DNA from: an uncultured Pseudomonadota bacterium
Lineage (GTDB): Bacteria; Oederibacteriota; Muellerivitia; Muellerivitales; Muellerivitaceae
NCBI GenBank assembly: GCA_963836235.1
Contig: CAWIIP010000002.1
Location: forward strand, 139,454-203,453
Direction of reading: 5' to 3'
DNA: 64,000 nucleotides
Shown here: positions 52,236 to 59,987 of the stretch, one piece after another
Layout of the letters: each line of letters opens with the position of its first letter
How positions within the stretch are numbered: position 1 is the first letter of the stretch
Notes under the pieces: model-generated
Told to the model about the DNA's origin: nothing
What the model saw: only the letters and a program-made list of their open reading frames with translations
The model's database searches: none
Translations under genes and position numbers: made by a program

Positions 52236-52760
52236 CTGGCCTGCTCCCTTTGATTTATTAGAGGAGAGCCGCCCTCCGGGTGGGCCCCCTCAAAAATCCT
52301 TGGGGGCCCAAACGGAGCGAAAGAGGTGTTGTTGTTGGGGTAAAACAAGATCGAGGGTCCTGCGGTGTTCCTTTAGCAGATCGGGAAAATTCCAAAACAG
52401 TTGTGGGGCCGGATAAGCCGACGAAGGAGGCCCGGCCCGTTTTGAAATTTAGGCGCCGACCGATCCCGACGGCGTTTATCCGCCCTCACCCTCCAGGTGA
52501 GGGCGAAGGTTGATAATGCCAACTCTATAAGAGTTGGTAAAAGCCGCCCGGCGATTTGTTTTGCGTCCACGTTGTCTTTCGCTTCCGGGGGTTCCGGGGG
52601 TCACTTCCCGCCGGGCTAGGGATGGGAATAGGGAAGGGGCTGTTCCCTTCCCTTGGGGGGGTCCGGGGGAAACGCCGCCCGGACTACAGGTTTGGGAAAC
52701 GGTTGAAAAGGTTGGGGGATAAATCGGCGGGAACAAAACCTTTAAAAAAAAGCCGAAAGG
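52236..52760. promoter_or_regulatory. GC-rich structured noncoding element A3
   Basis: See A2; directly abuts the ardC start codon. Divergent intergenic region shared with SpoVG-like gene 1. Confidence 0.65.
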
Positions 52761-53127
52761 CTTTTCACCTTATGGGCCAAAAAAGCGACCGGCCTTGGGT
52801 CTCACGCCCCTTCCCTCGTCCCCAAATACCGTGGACGGTGAACCAGGCCTCGAACGCTGCCGTTGCACTCTCGCGATTCGTCGCTTAAAGGATTGCCTGA
52901 CCAGAGCTCCAGGTCATCCGCTCCGCTACTTCCCTTCCGCCAAAAGCACGCGGAAGTCCCTTAATCATCGTTGCCGGAAAAACCGGCAACCTCGACTTCC
53001 GCACCAGGCAGGCCTGCTTGAGGGCAGGCCGCCAAGAATCCTTTTTACCCGCGCCCCCCTACTCGTTCGTAGAGGGGGGCGCAGTAAAAAGGCGCGAAAC
53101 CCTCAAATAAAAATGAGGAGGATTCGC

Positions 53128-53547
53128 ATGAATCCAAAGATTGAAGTAGAGAAGTTGAATATCGCCAAGAAAGGACAGCAGGTCGGGACGTTCTCCGCTC
53201 GGGTGGGCTTCGATGGCGGGTGTGAGGTTACTCTACCCGGTATGAGGATCGTCGAGGGGGCCAAAGGGACTTTCGTGGATGTTCCGTCAAGGCAGTTCAA
53301 GGACGTGGGCTTTGTTCCCTTTTACTACTTGAACAAGGCCTTAAGGGATTTAATCACGCATGAGGCGCTGGATGCCTACCGCAAAGCGGTGGCGGAAAAG
53401 GCGGGTGAGAAACCGACGAGTCCGGCGGTGCCGGCGGCCCCTGCAGGGCCCGCAGTTGCGGCGGTAAAGCCGGAAAGTCCAGTGGTTCCCTCTCAAGCGA
53501 AAACGTGGCCACGGAAGGAATGGAAGCCAAACCCGGCAAGGAAATAG
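53128..53547 (+). CDS. SpoVG-like nucleic-acid-binding protein, paralog 1
   Basis: Start at MNPKIEV preceded by SD GGAGGA. FSARVGFDGGCEVTLPGMRIVEGAKGTFVDVPSRQFKDVGFVPFYYLNKALRDLI aligns with SpoVG core ([52 protein letters not shown]). ~250-nt conserved leader at 52840..53127. Confidence 0.6.
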   Translation: MNPKIEVEKLNIAKKGQQVGTFSARVGFDGGCEVTLPGMRIVEGAKGTFVDVPSRQFKDVGFVPFYYLNKALRDLITHEALDAYRKAVAEKAGEKPTSPAVPAAPAGPAVAAVKPESPVVPSQAKTWPRKEWKPNPARK

Positions 53548-53561
53548 AAGATAAAAGAAGG

Positions 53562-53595
53562 GCCCGGGGCCGAGAGGCTCCGGGCTCTTTTTGTT
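53562..53595 (+). terminator. Rho-independent terminator after SpoVG-like gene 1
   Basis: GCCCGGGGCCGAGAGGCTCCGGGC + TCTTTTTGTT. Confidence 0.65.
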
Positions 53596-53645
53596 GAAGG
53601 GGGAAGGTTTGGAGGGGCGTACTACCCCCTCCAACTTTGTCAGTT

Positions 53646-54041
53646 CTAGGGTTTAGGCTGTTTAGCGAAGGTCTTGTCGAACGACCCTTTCCAGCGAATC
53701 CCCTTTACCCGACCTTCCATGATTGCGTCCGCCTTCTCGTCAATTTCTTTGGCGAGTTTGGGACCGGGTTTATAAAATTTCGTTCCATTGTATTCAAAAA
53801 GGAATTTGTTAGATTTACTTCTCAGGCGGGTCTTTTTCGGCAGGTTTGCCTTATTCGGTTTCTTAGGTTTTGATTTCACGATTTTCCCCCCAACCAAGGC
53901 ATCCGCCACGTTTTTGAGGGAAGAAAGAATATGTTTCTTATCCCGCCTGTCGAGGGCGGCGTTTAGATAACCCTTCCTGATTTCAGGGTCTTTTAGTTCC
54001 TTCAAAAGAAATTCATGATGATCGACTGTTCGGCCTTTCAT
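53646..54041 (-). CDS. Protein with HI1420-type antidote-like N-terminus fused to a basic Lys-rich tail
   Basis: KGRTVDHHEFLLKELKDPEIRKGYLNAALDRRDKKHILSSLKNVADALVGG parallels the N-terminus of 50556..50873, but the HTH part is replaced by a K/P-rich region. Confidence 0.4.
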   Translation of the reverse strand: MKGRTVDHHEFLLKELKDPEIRKGYLNAALDRRDKKHILSSLKNVADALVGGKIVKSKPKKPNKANLPKKTRLRSKSNKFLFEYNGTKFYKPGPKLAKEIDEKADAIMEGRVKGIRWKGSFDKTFAKQPKP

Positions 54042-54080
54042 ATTATCCTCCGTTGGAAAGCTCCTAAGGCGCAAACACCT

Positions 54081-54419
54081 TTAAAAGTTTACGGTTAAGT
54101 CAACGTTCTTAACCAGATCGGAAGCCGTCACCCCCAAGGCCTTGGCAATAAGGTCAATTATTCCTAAGGTCGGGCTATAGGTGCTGTTCTCGTTTTCAAT
54201 ATTCAAAACCGTCCGGCTGGAAACACCCGCCTTCTCGGCCAATTCAACTTGGGTCAATTTCTTCTTGTTCCGCAACTTAATGAGGTTCCAACCAAGGGAA
54301 ACCCTTGGGCTCGGATTCTTCAAAGAGGCGTAAAGGTCGGGCCGTCTTTTCTTAAGGTGTTTAATGTCTTCTTCAATGGAAACTCCCGGCAAAACAATTT
54401 TTTTAAAATGTGTTTTCAT
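54081..54419 (-). CDS. XRE-family HTH protein (antitoxin-like)
   Basis: LIKLRNKKKLTQVELAEKAGVSSRTVLNIEN = HTH_XRE. Confidence 0.7.
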   Translation of the reverse strand: MKTHFKKIVLPGVSIEEDIKHLKKRRPDLYASLKNPSPRVSLGWNLIKLRNKKKLTQVELAEKAGVSSRTVLNIENENSTYSPTLGIIDLIAKALGVTASDLVKNVDLTVNF

Positions 54420-54707
54420 TTATTCCCCCTCCAATGCTTTTATTTCAGCTAAGTATTTTTGAATCGCCTCTTTTTCTTTTTCGCGCGGCTCCCCCGCCCT
54501 GGTGATATGGGCGGTCAAAATGAAAAGGGCGTGCAACTTAAAAGACAAATAATAATTCACCACCAAAACCCTTTTTTCTCCCTTTAAAATTTTATCAAAA
54601 AAACCAGAACGGTCTTTAGCATAAGCAAGCCCCAAAACCTGGAACCTTAAAAGGTCAAGCTCTTCCCGGTCCATAATGTTGTCCCGGAAGTTCCGAAAAT
54701 ACGGCAT
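54420..54707 (-). CDS. Putative toxin partner of the downstream XRE antitoxin (RelE/HigB-like?)
   Basis: 95 aa; directly abuts the HTH gene in HigBA-like order; sequence assignment weak. Confidence 0.4.
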   Translation of the reverse strand: MPYFRNFRDNIMDREELDLLRFQVLGLAYAKDRSGFFDKILKGEKRVLVVNYYLSFKLHALFILTAHITRAGEPREKEKEAIQKYLAEIKALEGE

Positions 54708-54748
54708 AAATCCATAAAAACCTCACTTCTTATTATGTGTAGTATCCT

Positions 54749-54991
54749 TCATATAGTCAAGTACGACAAACTGCGCTCGATAAAATCCTCATAATCCGAA
54801 TCAAAAACATCCTGGCACTTGAGGCAGTTTCCGGTTTCTTCGTCTAACGGGAGGGCGTTGCTTCCGCACGAAAAACAAAACCCCTTGCAAGCGGGGCAGG
54901 GTGTCCCCTCTTTTTCGTCGTCCCATCCGTGGCCACATTTCCAAGCGGAAAAAGGAAAATGGAGTCCTGTTTTAGAAATTTCGTTTATCAA
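54749..54991 (-). CDS. Small Cys-rich (zinc-binding) protein
   Basis: 80 aa with CGHGW, CPACKGFCFSCG, CLKC clusters. Confidence 0.4.
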   Translation of the reverse strand: MINEISKTGLHFPFSAWKCGHGWDDEKEGTPCPACKGFCFSCGSNALPLDEETGNCLKCQDVFDSDYEDFIERSLSYLTI

Positions 54992-55098
54992 ATTTTTTCT
55001 CCTTAAATCCTTTCTTCTTTGATTAGTTCCAAAAACCTATCGATTTCCTGGTCGGGAACCCTGAAAAGTTCCTCTATGTTTTTGATCTCTTCGTTCAT

Positions 55099-55560
55099 TT
55101 CCCCTGCTCCTTCGCTTTTTTTTCGGGGCTTTTAAGTTCCTGCCCCCACCGGCACAAGCCGGCGGTGGGGGCAGGAACTTGAAGGGGATTCCGCAGGAAA
55201 AATTTGGTTTCAATGCGACAGCAGCGCCGACCTTGCCGACCATGACAATTGCGATCTTCAATTGGCGTGGGCGGTGCTTTGCAGTCGGCGCATTTGAAAG
55301 GAATTAAATTTTCTTAGGAATAGACCATTGGCAAAGCGGGGGCACCTCGCCCTTTGCCCACAAGGCAAAGGGCGGCGTCTTGGTTGTGCAAACAGCAATA
55401 AGCTGTTTGCACATAGGGGCGGGTTGGCCCCGGATGGTTAAATGGATGAAGGTTACACGCCCGCGAAATCAGCGGTCGGCGAACCTTCTTAGGTATTTTT
55501 CGAAGGGACTTAGGCTTTCAACAAGGCCTTAAAACCAAAACCGCGAACGGCGATCCGAAA
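55099..55560. promoter_or_regulatory. Structured noncoding element B1 (related to 59504..59800; contains sub-modules also found in A2)
   Basis: 17-bp hairpin TTCCTGCCCCCACCGGC-ACAA-GCCGGCGGTGGGGGCAGGAA; conserved block gacaattgcgatcttcaattggcgtgggcggtgctttgcagtcggcgcat; hairpin GCAAACAGCAATAAGCTGTTTGC; GAAGGTTACACGCCC...GGCGAACCTTC. A 31-aa micro-ORF (55003..55098, minus) sits at its edge. Confidence 0.6.
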
Positions 55561-55863
55561 CCTCAAGTCAAAGATAAAGAATGCCAACACAGATTCATAA
55601 GGAATCAGCAACCGGCCTGGCCCTCCGGGACCCCGGGCAAAATCAGCCCGGCGGCCTCGAACGCTGTCGGCCTCCTCCTCCGTCGTCGCCTTTCGCGATT
55701 CGTCGCTTAAAGCAATTTTCTAACAGGGCTACAGGTCATCCGCTCCGCTGCTTCCCTTCCGCAAAGGAACATACAAACTTTTTACCGCGCCCCCCTACTC
55801 GTTCGTAGAGGGGGGCGCAGTAAAAAGGCGCGAAACCCCAAAATAAAAATGAGGAGGATTCGA

Positions 55864-56280
55864 ATGAATCCAAAGATTGAAGTTGTGAAGTTGAATATCG
55901 CCAGGAAGGGACACCAGGTCGGGACGTTCTCCGTCAAGGTTGGGTTCGATGGCGGGTGTGAAGTGACGCTACCGGGGATGAGGATCGTCGAGGGTTCCAA
56001 AGGAACCTTCGTGGATCTGCCGGCGAGAAAGTTCAAGGAAGGGGGCTTTGTTCCCTTCTACTACTTGAACAAGTCTTTGAAGGATTTGATCACCAAGGAA
56101 GGGCTGGAGAATTACCGAAAGGCCGGGACGGGGAAGCAACCGGAGAAGGCGGCATTCGCGGTCCCTGCGGCCGCAAGGCCAGCGGCGGCCAGCGCGACCA
56201 TGGTTTCAAAACCAACGGTTCCTGCTCCGGCGAAAACGTGGCCACGGAAGGAGTGGAAACCGAATTCATTTAAAAAATAA
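55864..56280 (+). CDS. SpoVG-like nucleic-acid-binding protein, paralog 2
   Basis: MNPKIEVVKLNIARKGHQVGTFSVKVGFDGGCEVTLPGMRIVEGSKGTFVDLPARKF... ~85% identical to paralog 1 over the N-terminal 90 aa; same SD and conserved leader (55630..55863). Confidence 0.6.
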   Translation: MNPKIEVVKLNIARKGHQVGTFSVKVGFDGGCEVTLPGMRIVEGSKGTFVDLPARKFKEGGFVPFYYLNKSLKDLITKEGLENYRKAGTGKQPEKAAFAVPAAARPAAASATMVSKPTVPAPAKTWPRKEWKPNSFKK

Positions 56281-56293
56281 AAGAAGGAAAATG

Positions 56294-56327
56294 GCCCGGC
56301 TCCTAGAGGAGTCGGGCTTTTTTTGTT
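56294..56327 (+). terminator. Rho-independent terminator after SpoVG-like gene 2
   Basis: GCCCGGCTCCTAGAGGAGTCGGGC + TTTTTTTGTTT. Confidence 0.65.
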
Positions 56328-56380
56328 TCGCGGGGGGAGGTTTGGAGGGGCGTCCTACCCTCTTCTAGCCTTTTTGGGAT

Positions 56381-56581
56381 TTATTCGGGGTGAACTTCAA
56401 TTCCCTTCACGGCCCCGCTTTTCATTTCCTTATAACGAACTATGATTTCTTTATGCTCTTTGGCGGTTGGTTTCCTGAACTTTAAAGGGGCGTTTTTGTA
56501 AACAGCCTCAACCAATTCAGCCACCAGCCTCCCAACCTTGGGGACTCTTGGCCCGTGGGCCGTCTTTTTCATCAGATTCAA
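56381..56581 (-). CDS. Small protein, possible ParD/RelB-like antitoxin (C-terminal EMKSG.VK motif)
   Basis: 66 aa; C-terminus VRYKEMKSGAVKGIEV shares a motif with 57725..57976. Confidence 0.3.
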   Translation of the reverse strand: MNLMKKTAHGPRVPKVGRLVAELVEAVYKNAPLKFRKPTAKEHKEIIVRYKEMKSGAVKGIEVHPE

Positions 56582-56772
56582 ACTTTAGACAATCGGCGTT
56601 CAACTGAGCGCGAGGGCGGCATAAGTTCCTTTTTGCAAACACTTTTTATGAACTCATCCGTCTCTTTTCGATGCTTTTGATTAAACTTTACAATTCCCAG
56701 ACGGTTCATCTCGTTGGAAACTCTCTGTTTCCATTTTCTGACTTCCGTCAAACTCTTAGGTTCCTTCATCAC
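56578..56772 (-). CDS. Small hypothetical protein
   Basis: 64-aa ORF overlapping the downstream small gene by 4 nt. Confidence 0.3.
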   Translation of the reverse strand: MMKEPKSLTEVRKWKQRVSNEMNRLGIVKFNQKHRKETDEFIKSVCKKELMPPSRSVERRLSKV

Positions 56773-56802
56773 CTAACACCTCCAAAGGGGATGGCAATTT
56801 AA

Positions 56803-57156
56803 TTAATGTCCTGCCGCTGGAACCAATCCCGTCAATTTACCCGCCATTTCGAAAAGAAGCTTTTTTGTTTGGGAGGGGTGAGTTTTTATGCCTTCTGCCC
56901 AATAGCCAACCGCCGCCGGAATCGGGTTCTTACCTTGCTCCCATTTCTTTACCGTTTCCGAACTAACAGCCATGATTCGGGCGAATTGGGGTTGGGAAAC
57001 CTTCAGAATATTTCTCGCGTCCTTTATATCCTGGCCTGTAGTGCGGATGAAAAGGTTTTCGACCTTAACTTTGGCGGGTTTCCCTTGGGCAAATTTGAGA
57101 CCTTCCCTAAGGCTTTCCCTGAACAATTTCTTTTCTTCCTTTGTTTTTTTCATCAT
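56803..57156 (-). CDS. HTH (XRE/HigA-like) antitoxin
   Basis: ARNILKVSQPQFARIMAVSSETVKKWEQGKNPIPAAV = HTH of HigA-type antitoxins; 4-nt overlap with upstream toxin gene. Confidence 0.65.
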   Translation of the reverse strand: MMKKTKEEKKLFRESLREGLKFAQGKPAKVKVENLFIRTTGQDIKDARNILKVSQPQFARIMAVSSETVKKWEQGKNPIPAAVGYWAEGIKTHPSQTKKLLFEMAGKLTGLVPAAGH

Positions 57157-57602
57157 CGATCCCCTCCCTCTTTCTGGTAGGCTTTTTTTATGCCTTCCGC
57201 GGTTTTTTTTAGTTCCTTTAAATCATTGGCGTCTAAATTTAATTTATTCCTGTGGTCGTAAATTGAGAACAGGTAAATATCATGTTGAACACGAAAAAGA
57301 AGGTAAGTGAATCTAAAGCCTCCGCTTTTCCCGATGTTCCGGCTGGGTGATTTTGCCCGGCCTTTTATCCATCCTCCCGTACCTTTGATTTCGTCAAGCT
57401 TTCCGGATTCAACTTCCAACCTGATACTGTCACGTATTTCCTCGTGTAATTTGGGCTCCAACCTCACCAATTTTTTAAGGTCGCTCTCATATTGAAGGAG
57501 CTTAATGAGGCGGTATTTGATTTTCGAAACGTCAATTTCTTCCACGAGTACCCTAATCTTTATGATATGGTATCTTATACCATATGTCATATAACAGGTC
57601 AA
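57153..57602 (-). CDS. RelE/HigB-family toxin
   Basis: GKSGGFRFTYLLFRVQHDIYLFSIYDHRNKLNLDANDLKELKK matches the RelE/HigB C-terminal core. Confidence 0.6.
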   Translation of the reverse strand: MTCYMTYGIRYHIIKIRVLVEEIDVSKIKYRLIKLLQYESDLKKLVRLEPKLHEEIRDSIRLEVESGKLDEIKGTGGWIKGRAKSPSRNIGKSGGFRFTYLLFRVQHDIYLFSIYDHRNKLNLDANDLKELKKTAEGIKKAYQKEGGDR

Positions 57603-57724
57603 CCAATATATTATGAAAACCCGGATACAAAGCCTCCGGCGGGGCCATTCCTTTACTTGCCCTTTTCATCGGGAGAGCCTTGTAGACCCTAGGGCCGCTG
57701 TTCTCCTTCGAGGACCATTAGCTC

Positions 57725-57976
57725 TTAAAGTTTCTCCAAGTGTTTGATGAGGTCTTGAGAAGAAATCGTCTTGACCTTGCCGCTTTTCATTTCGGCCACC
57801 CCACGGCGAATCTCTGCCGCTTCCTTGGGTGAAGGCTTGCTAAACTTCCAGCCCTTGTGTTCAACGATATCATTTGATTTGTTACCCACGGCGGTATCTT
57901 TCAGGCCGGACTTTTTCATCGGGAATCCAAGTCCCTTCCCGGTCGGCTTTTGCGGCGGCTTTAACAATCTTCGCAT
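57725..57976 (-). CDS. Small basic protein with ParD/RelB-like C-terminal motif
   Basis: C-terminus IRRGVAEMKSGKVKTISSQDLIKHLEKL. Confidence 0.3.
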   Translation of the reverse strand: MRRLLKPPQKPTGKGLGFPMKKSGLKDTAVGNKSNDIVEHKGWKFSKPSPKEAAEIRRGVAEMKSGKVKTISSQDLIKHLEKL

Positions 57977-58057
57977 GGGTTTTAGCGTCGGGCTTGGTGA
58001 GTTTAAGCCCCATGTGTTCCACCACTACCTTTTTAATCAAAATCCCCTCCAACATTT

Positions 58058-58375
58058 TTACTTCTTCTTTCCAAATAGGCGCCGGTACTCCTCGGCGGAA
58101 ATTCCCTTGCGTTTCTTTCCGTAGCCTTCCGTAACCCTGGCCCCTCCGTGGAAGATTCCGTAACCAAGTTTCTTTTTCGCCATGGGTTGAATGGCCTCAA
58201 GGAAATCCTGCCACTTTGGATCGTGGGCCTTCTGGCCCATTTCGATGGCGGCCTGAACGGCCCCACGGGCGAAGGATGAGAAGTCCTTCACGCCCAAAGC
58301 CTTAAGGGACTCTTCCCAATACTTCGCCTGGGAAGATTTAGCTTTGAAACGGATCATCACGAATTTTCTTTTCAT
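58058..58375 (-). CDS. Hypothetical protein
   Basis: 105-aa basic protein; no motif recognised. Confidence 0.35.
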   Translation of the reverse strand: MKRKFVMIRFKAKSSQAKYWEESLKALGVKDFSSFARGAVQAAIEMGQKAHDPKWQDFLEAIQPMAKKKLGYGIFHGGARVTEGYGKKRKGISAEEYRRLFGKKK

Positions 58376-58441
58376 CCAAAGCCTTTCCTAATAAGAACCT
58401 GGCGAATAACTCCAGCCTACCCGCGACTAAAATATTTAAAC

Positions 58442-58843
58442 TTATCGAATCCACTTCACCTTAATGTCTTTTTCAACGGATTTGAATTCTTTGTCCCCGG
58501 TCACGAGGTGGGCGTTTCTCAATTTTGCCGTCGCGGCGGCGTATGCGTCGGCGTAAGACATCTTATGAGTCCCTTTGAATCGCGCCGCAACAAGGGTCAA
58601 TTCCCTACCCACGTCCAAAACCTGGATATCCATTTCCGCAAGCGTTTTTTCATACAGCATCGCTCTTTCTTCCCCGCCCTCCCTAAAAGCCGTGTACCAA
58701 ACCTCTCCCCAATTCACGATACAAAGGAAAGCCTCGGCGTGGCCGTCCGCGATTTCATTTAAAACGGAAACAACGACTTCCTTGCCCTCTTCCCCTTCCA
58801 AATAGGCCAAAAGGGCGTGGGCGTCCAAAACGTAATGTTTCAA
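58442..58843 (-). CDS. vapC: PIN-domain toxin VapC
   Basis: 133 aa; VLDAHALLAYL... and acidic residues in PIN spacing; overlaps antitoxin by 4 nt. Confidence 0.8.
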   Translation of the reverse strand: MKHYVLDAHALLAYLEGEEGKEVVVSVLNEIADGHAEAFLCIVNWGEVWYTAFREGGEERAMLYEKTLAEMDIQVLDVGRELTLVAARFKGTHKMSYADAYAAATAKLRNAHLVTGDKEFKSVEKDIKVKWIR

Positions 58844-59070
58844 AGCTCGCGCTCAGCTTTCTTTTCTTCCGCCAAAAGCTTTAAAAGCTTGCCCTTGGTC
58901 CCGAGAATCCCGCAGTTCTTCCTTATCAAATCCTTGGTCATGGGAACCATGCGGATCTCCCCGTCTTTCTCAAAAAATTTGACGGAAGTCCCCTTCTTGA
59001 TTCCGAATTTTTCCCTGAATTCAGCCGGAATGACTACTTGGCCTTTTTCGGAAACGTGTGTAATCAGCAT
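58840..59070 (-). CDS. vapB: AbrB/SpoVT-type antitoxin VapB
   Basis: Start MLITHVSEKGQVVIPAEFREKFGIKKGTSV (swapped-hairpin AbrB-like domain) with SD GGGAGG. Confidence 0.7.
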   Translation of the reverse strand: MLITHVSEKGQVVIPAEFREKFGIKKGTSVKFFEKDGEIRMVPMTKDLIRKNCGILGTKGKLLKLLAEEKKAEREL

Positions 59071-59194
59071 AAAAACCTCCCAAAAGTAAAACATATTTAC
59101 TATGTAAAACTTATTTATAAGGTACAACTTTATTGAACCGTAGTCAAATAAAGACTAATTGCCGGGTACAAAGCCCCCGGCGGGGCCGTTCCTC

Positions 59195-59503
59195 TTACTT
59201 GCCCTTTTTCACCGGGAGGGCCTTGTAGACCTTCTCGGCTTCGGGCAGAACCTCGTCGTTGAGGTTGTTGAAGGGGTAGTAGCACTTGATGAATTCAGGC
59301 TTGCCACCTTGCTCCTTCGCTTGCTTGACCTCGTGGATTGCGGAGTCCACTTTCAACCCCTTATCCGTCTGGACTAGCCGGTAGTTCGGTAGGGTGATAA
59401 GCGGCTCACCGTCCACCGACACCGTGACCTTGAAAAATGCCAGGGTCTTGGTGTCCTCCTTCTTGGTTTTTTTCATGTCCTTCACTTCGATTTGCAGTCC
59501 CAT
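59195..59503 (-). CDS. SpoVG-like protein, divergent paralog 3
   Basis: Start MGLQIEVKDMKK with SD AAGGAG. LAFFKVTVSVDGEPLITLPNYRLVQTDKGLKVDSAIHEVKQ...FIKCYYPFNN...AEKVYKAL aligns position-by-position with paralogs 1 and 2. Confidence 0.45.
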   Translation of the reverse strand: MGLQIEVKDMKKTKKEDTKTLAFFKVTVSVDGEPLITLPNYRLVQTDKGLKVDSAIHEVKQAKEQGGKPEFIKCYYPFNNLNDEVLPEAEKVYKALPVKKGK

Positions 59504-59800
59504 GACTTGCTCCTTATTTTTATTATTGCCTGGGGCCTTCGGCCTCTTTTTTGCGGGACTTTTAAATTTCCGGCCCCGCCGGCACAAGGCCGGCGGCGGG
59601 GCTGGAAATTAAGAAGGGGATTCCATCTTGGGAATTTATTCACCAAGCGATAGCGGCGCCGACCCGATGTTTTTTATCGCCCTTGGCCGAAGGCCAACGG
59701 GTAGGCCTCACATGACAATCGCGGGTTTCGATTGGCGTGGGAGGTGCCTCGCAGTCGGCGCATCTTTAAAAAATAAATTTTCAAAGGAATCTTCACGTAT
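59504..59800. promoter_or_regulatory. Structured noncoding element B2
   Basis: Hairpin TTCCGGCCCCGCCGGC-ACAA-GGCCGGCGGCGGGGCTGGAA with compensatory changes relative to B1; conserved block gacaatcgcgggtttcgattggcgtgggaggtgcctcgcagtcggcgcat. Confidence 0.6.
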
Positions 59801-59987
59801 TATTGCCCGACTGGACAATACCAGTGACCGAAGTGAAATAGTAATCAGTGAGAGGATTAGGTAAAGGGCAAAAGTTTTGGGCCTTAGCAACATTCACCAA
59901 CATTAGACAGATAAAAAATATATTCAGTTTTTGAAAAATAATTTTCAATTTCAACAACCTTAGATAGAACTTTTTCTTGAACCCGAT

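Noticed and set aside
47215-52760. Integron attC or gene-cassette array interpretation of the repeated elements
   Set aside because: Elements are 450-650 nt, far longer than attC sites; no intI gene or attI nearby; genes carry their own SD and terminators.
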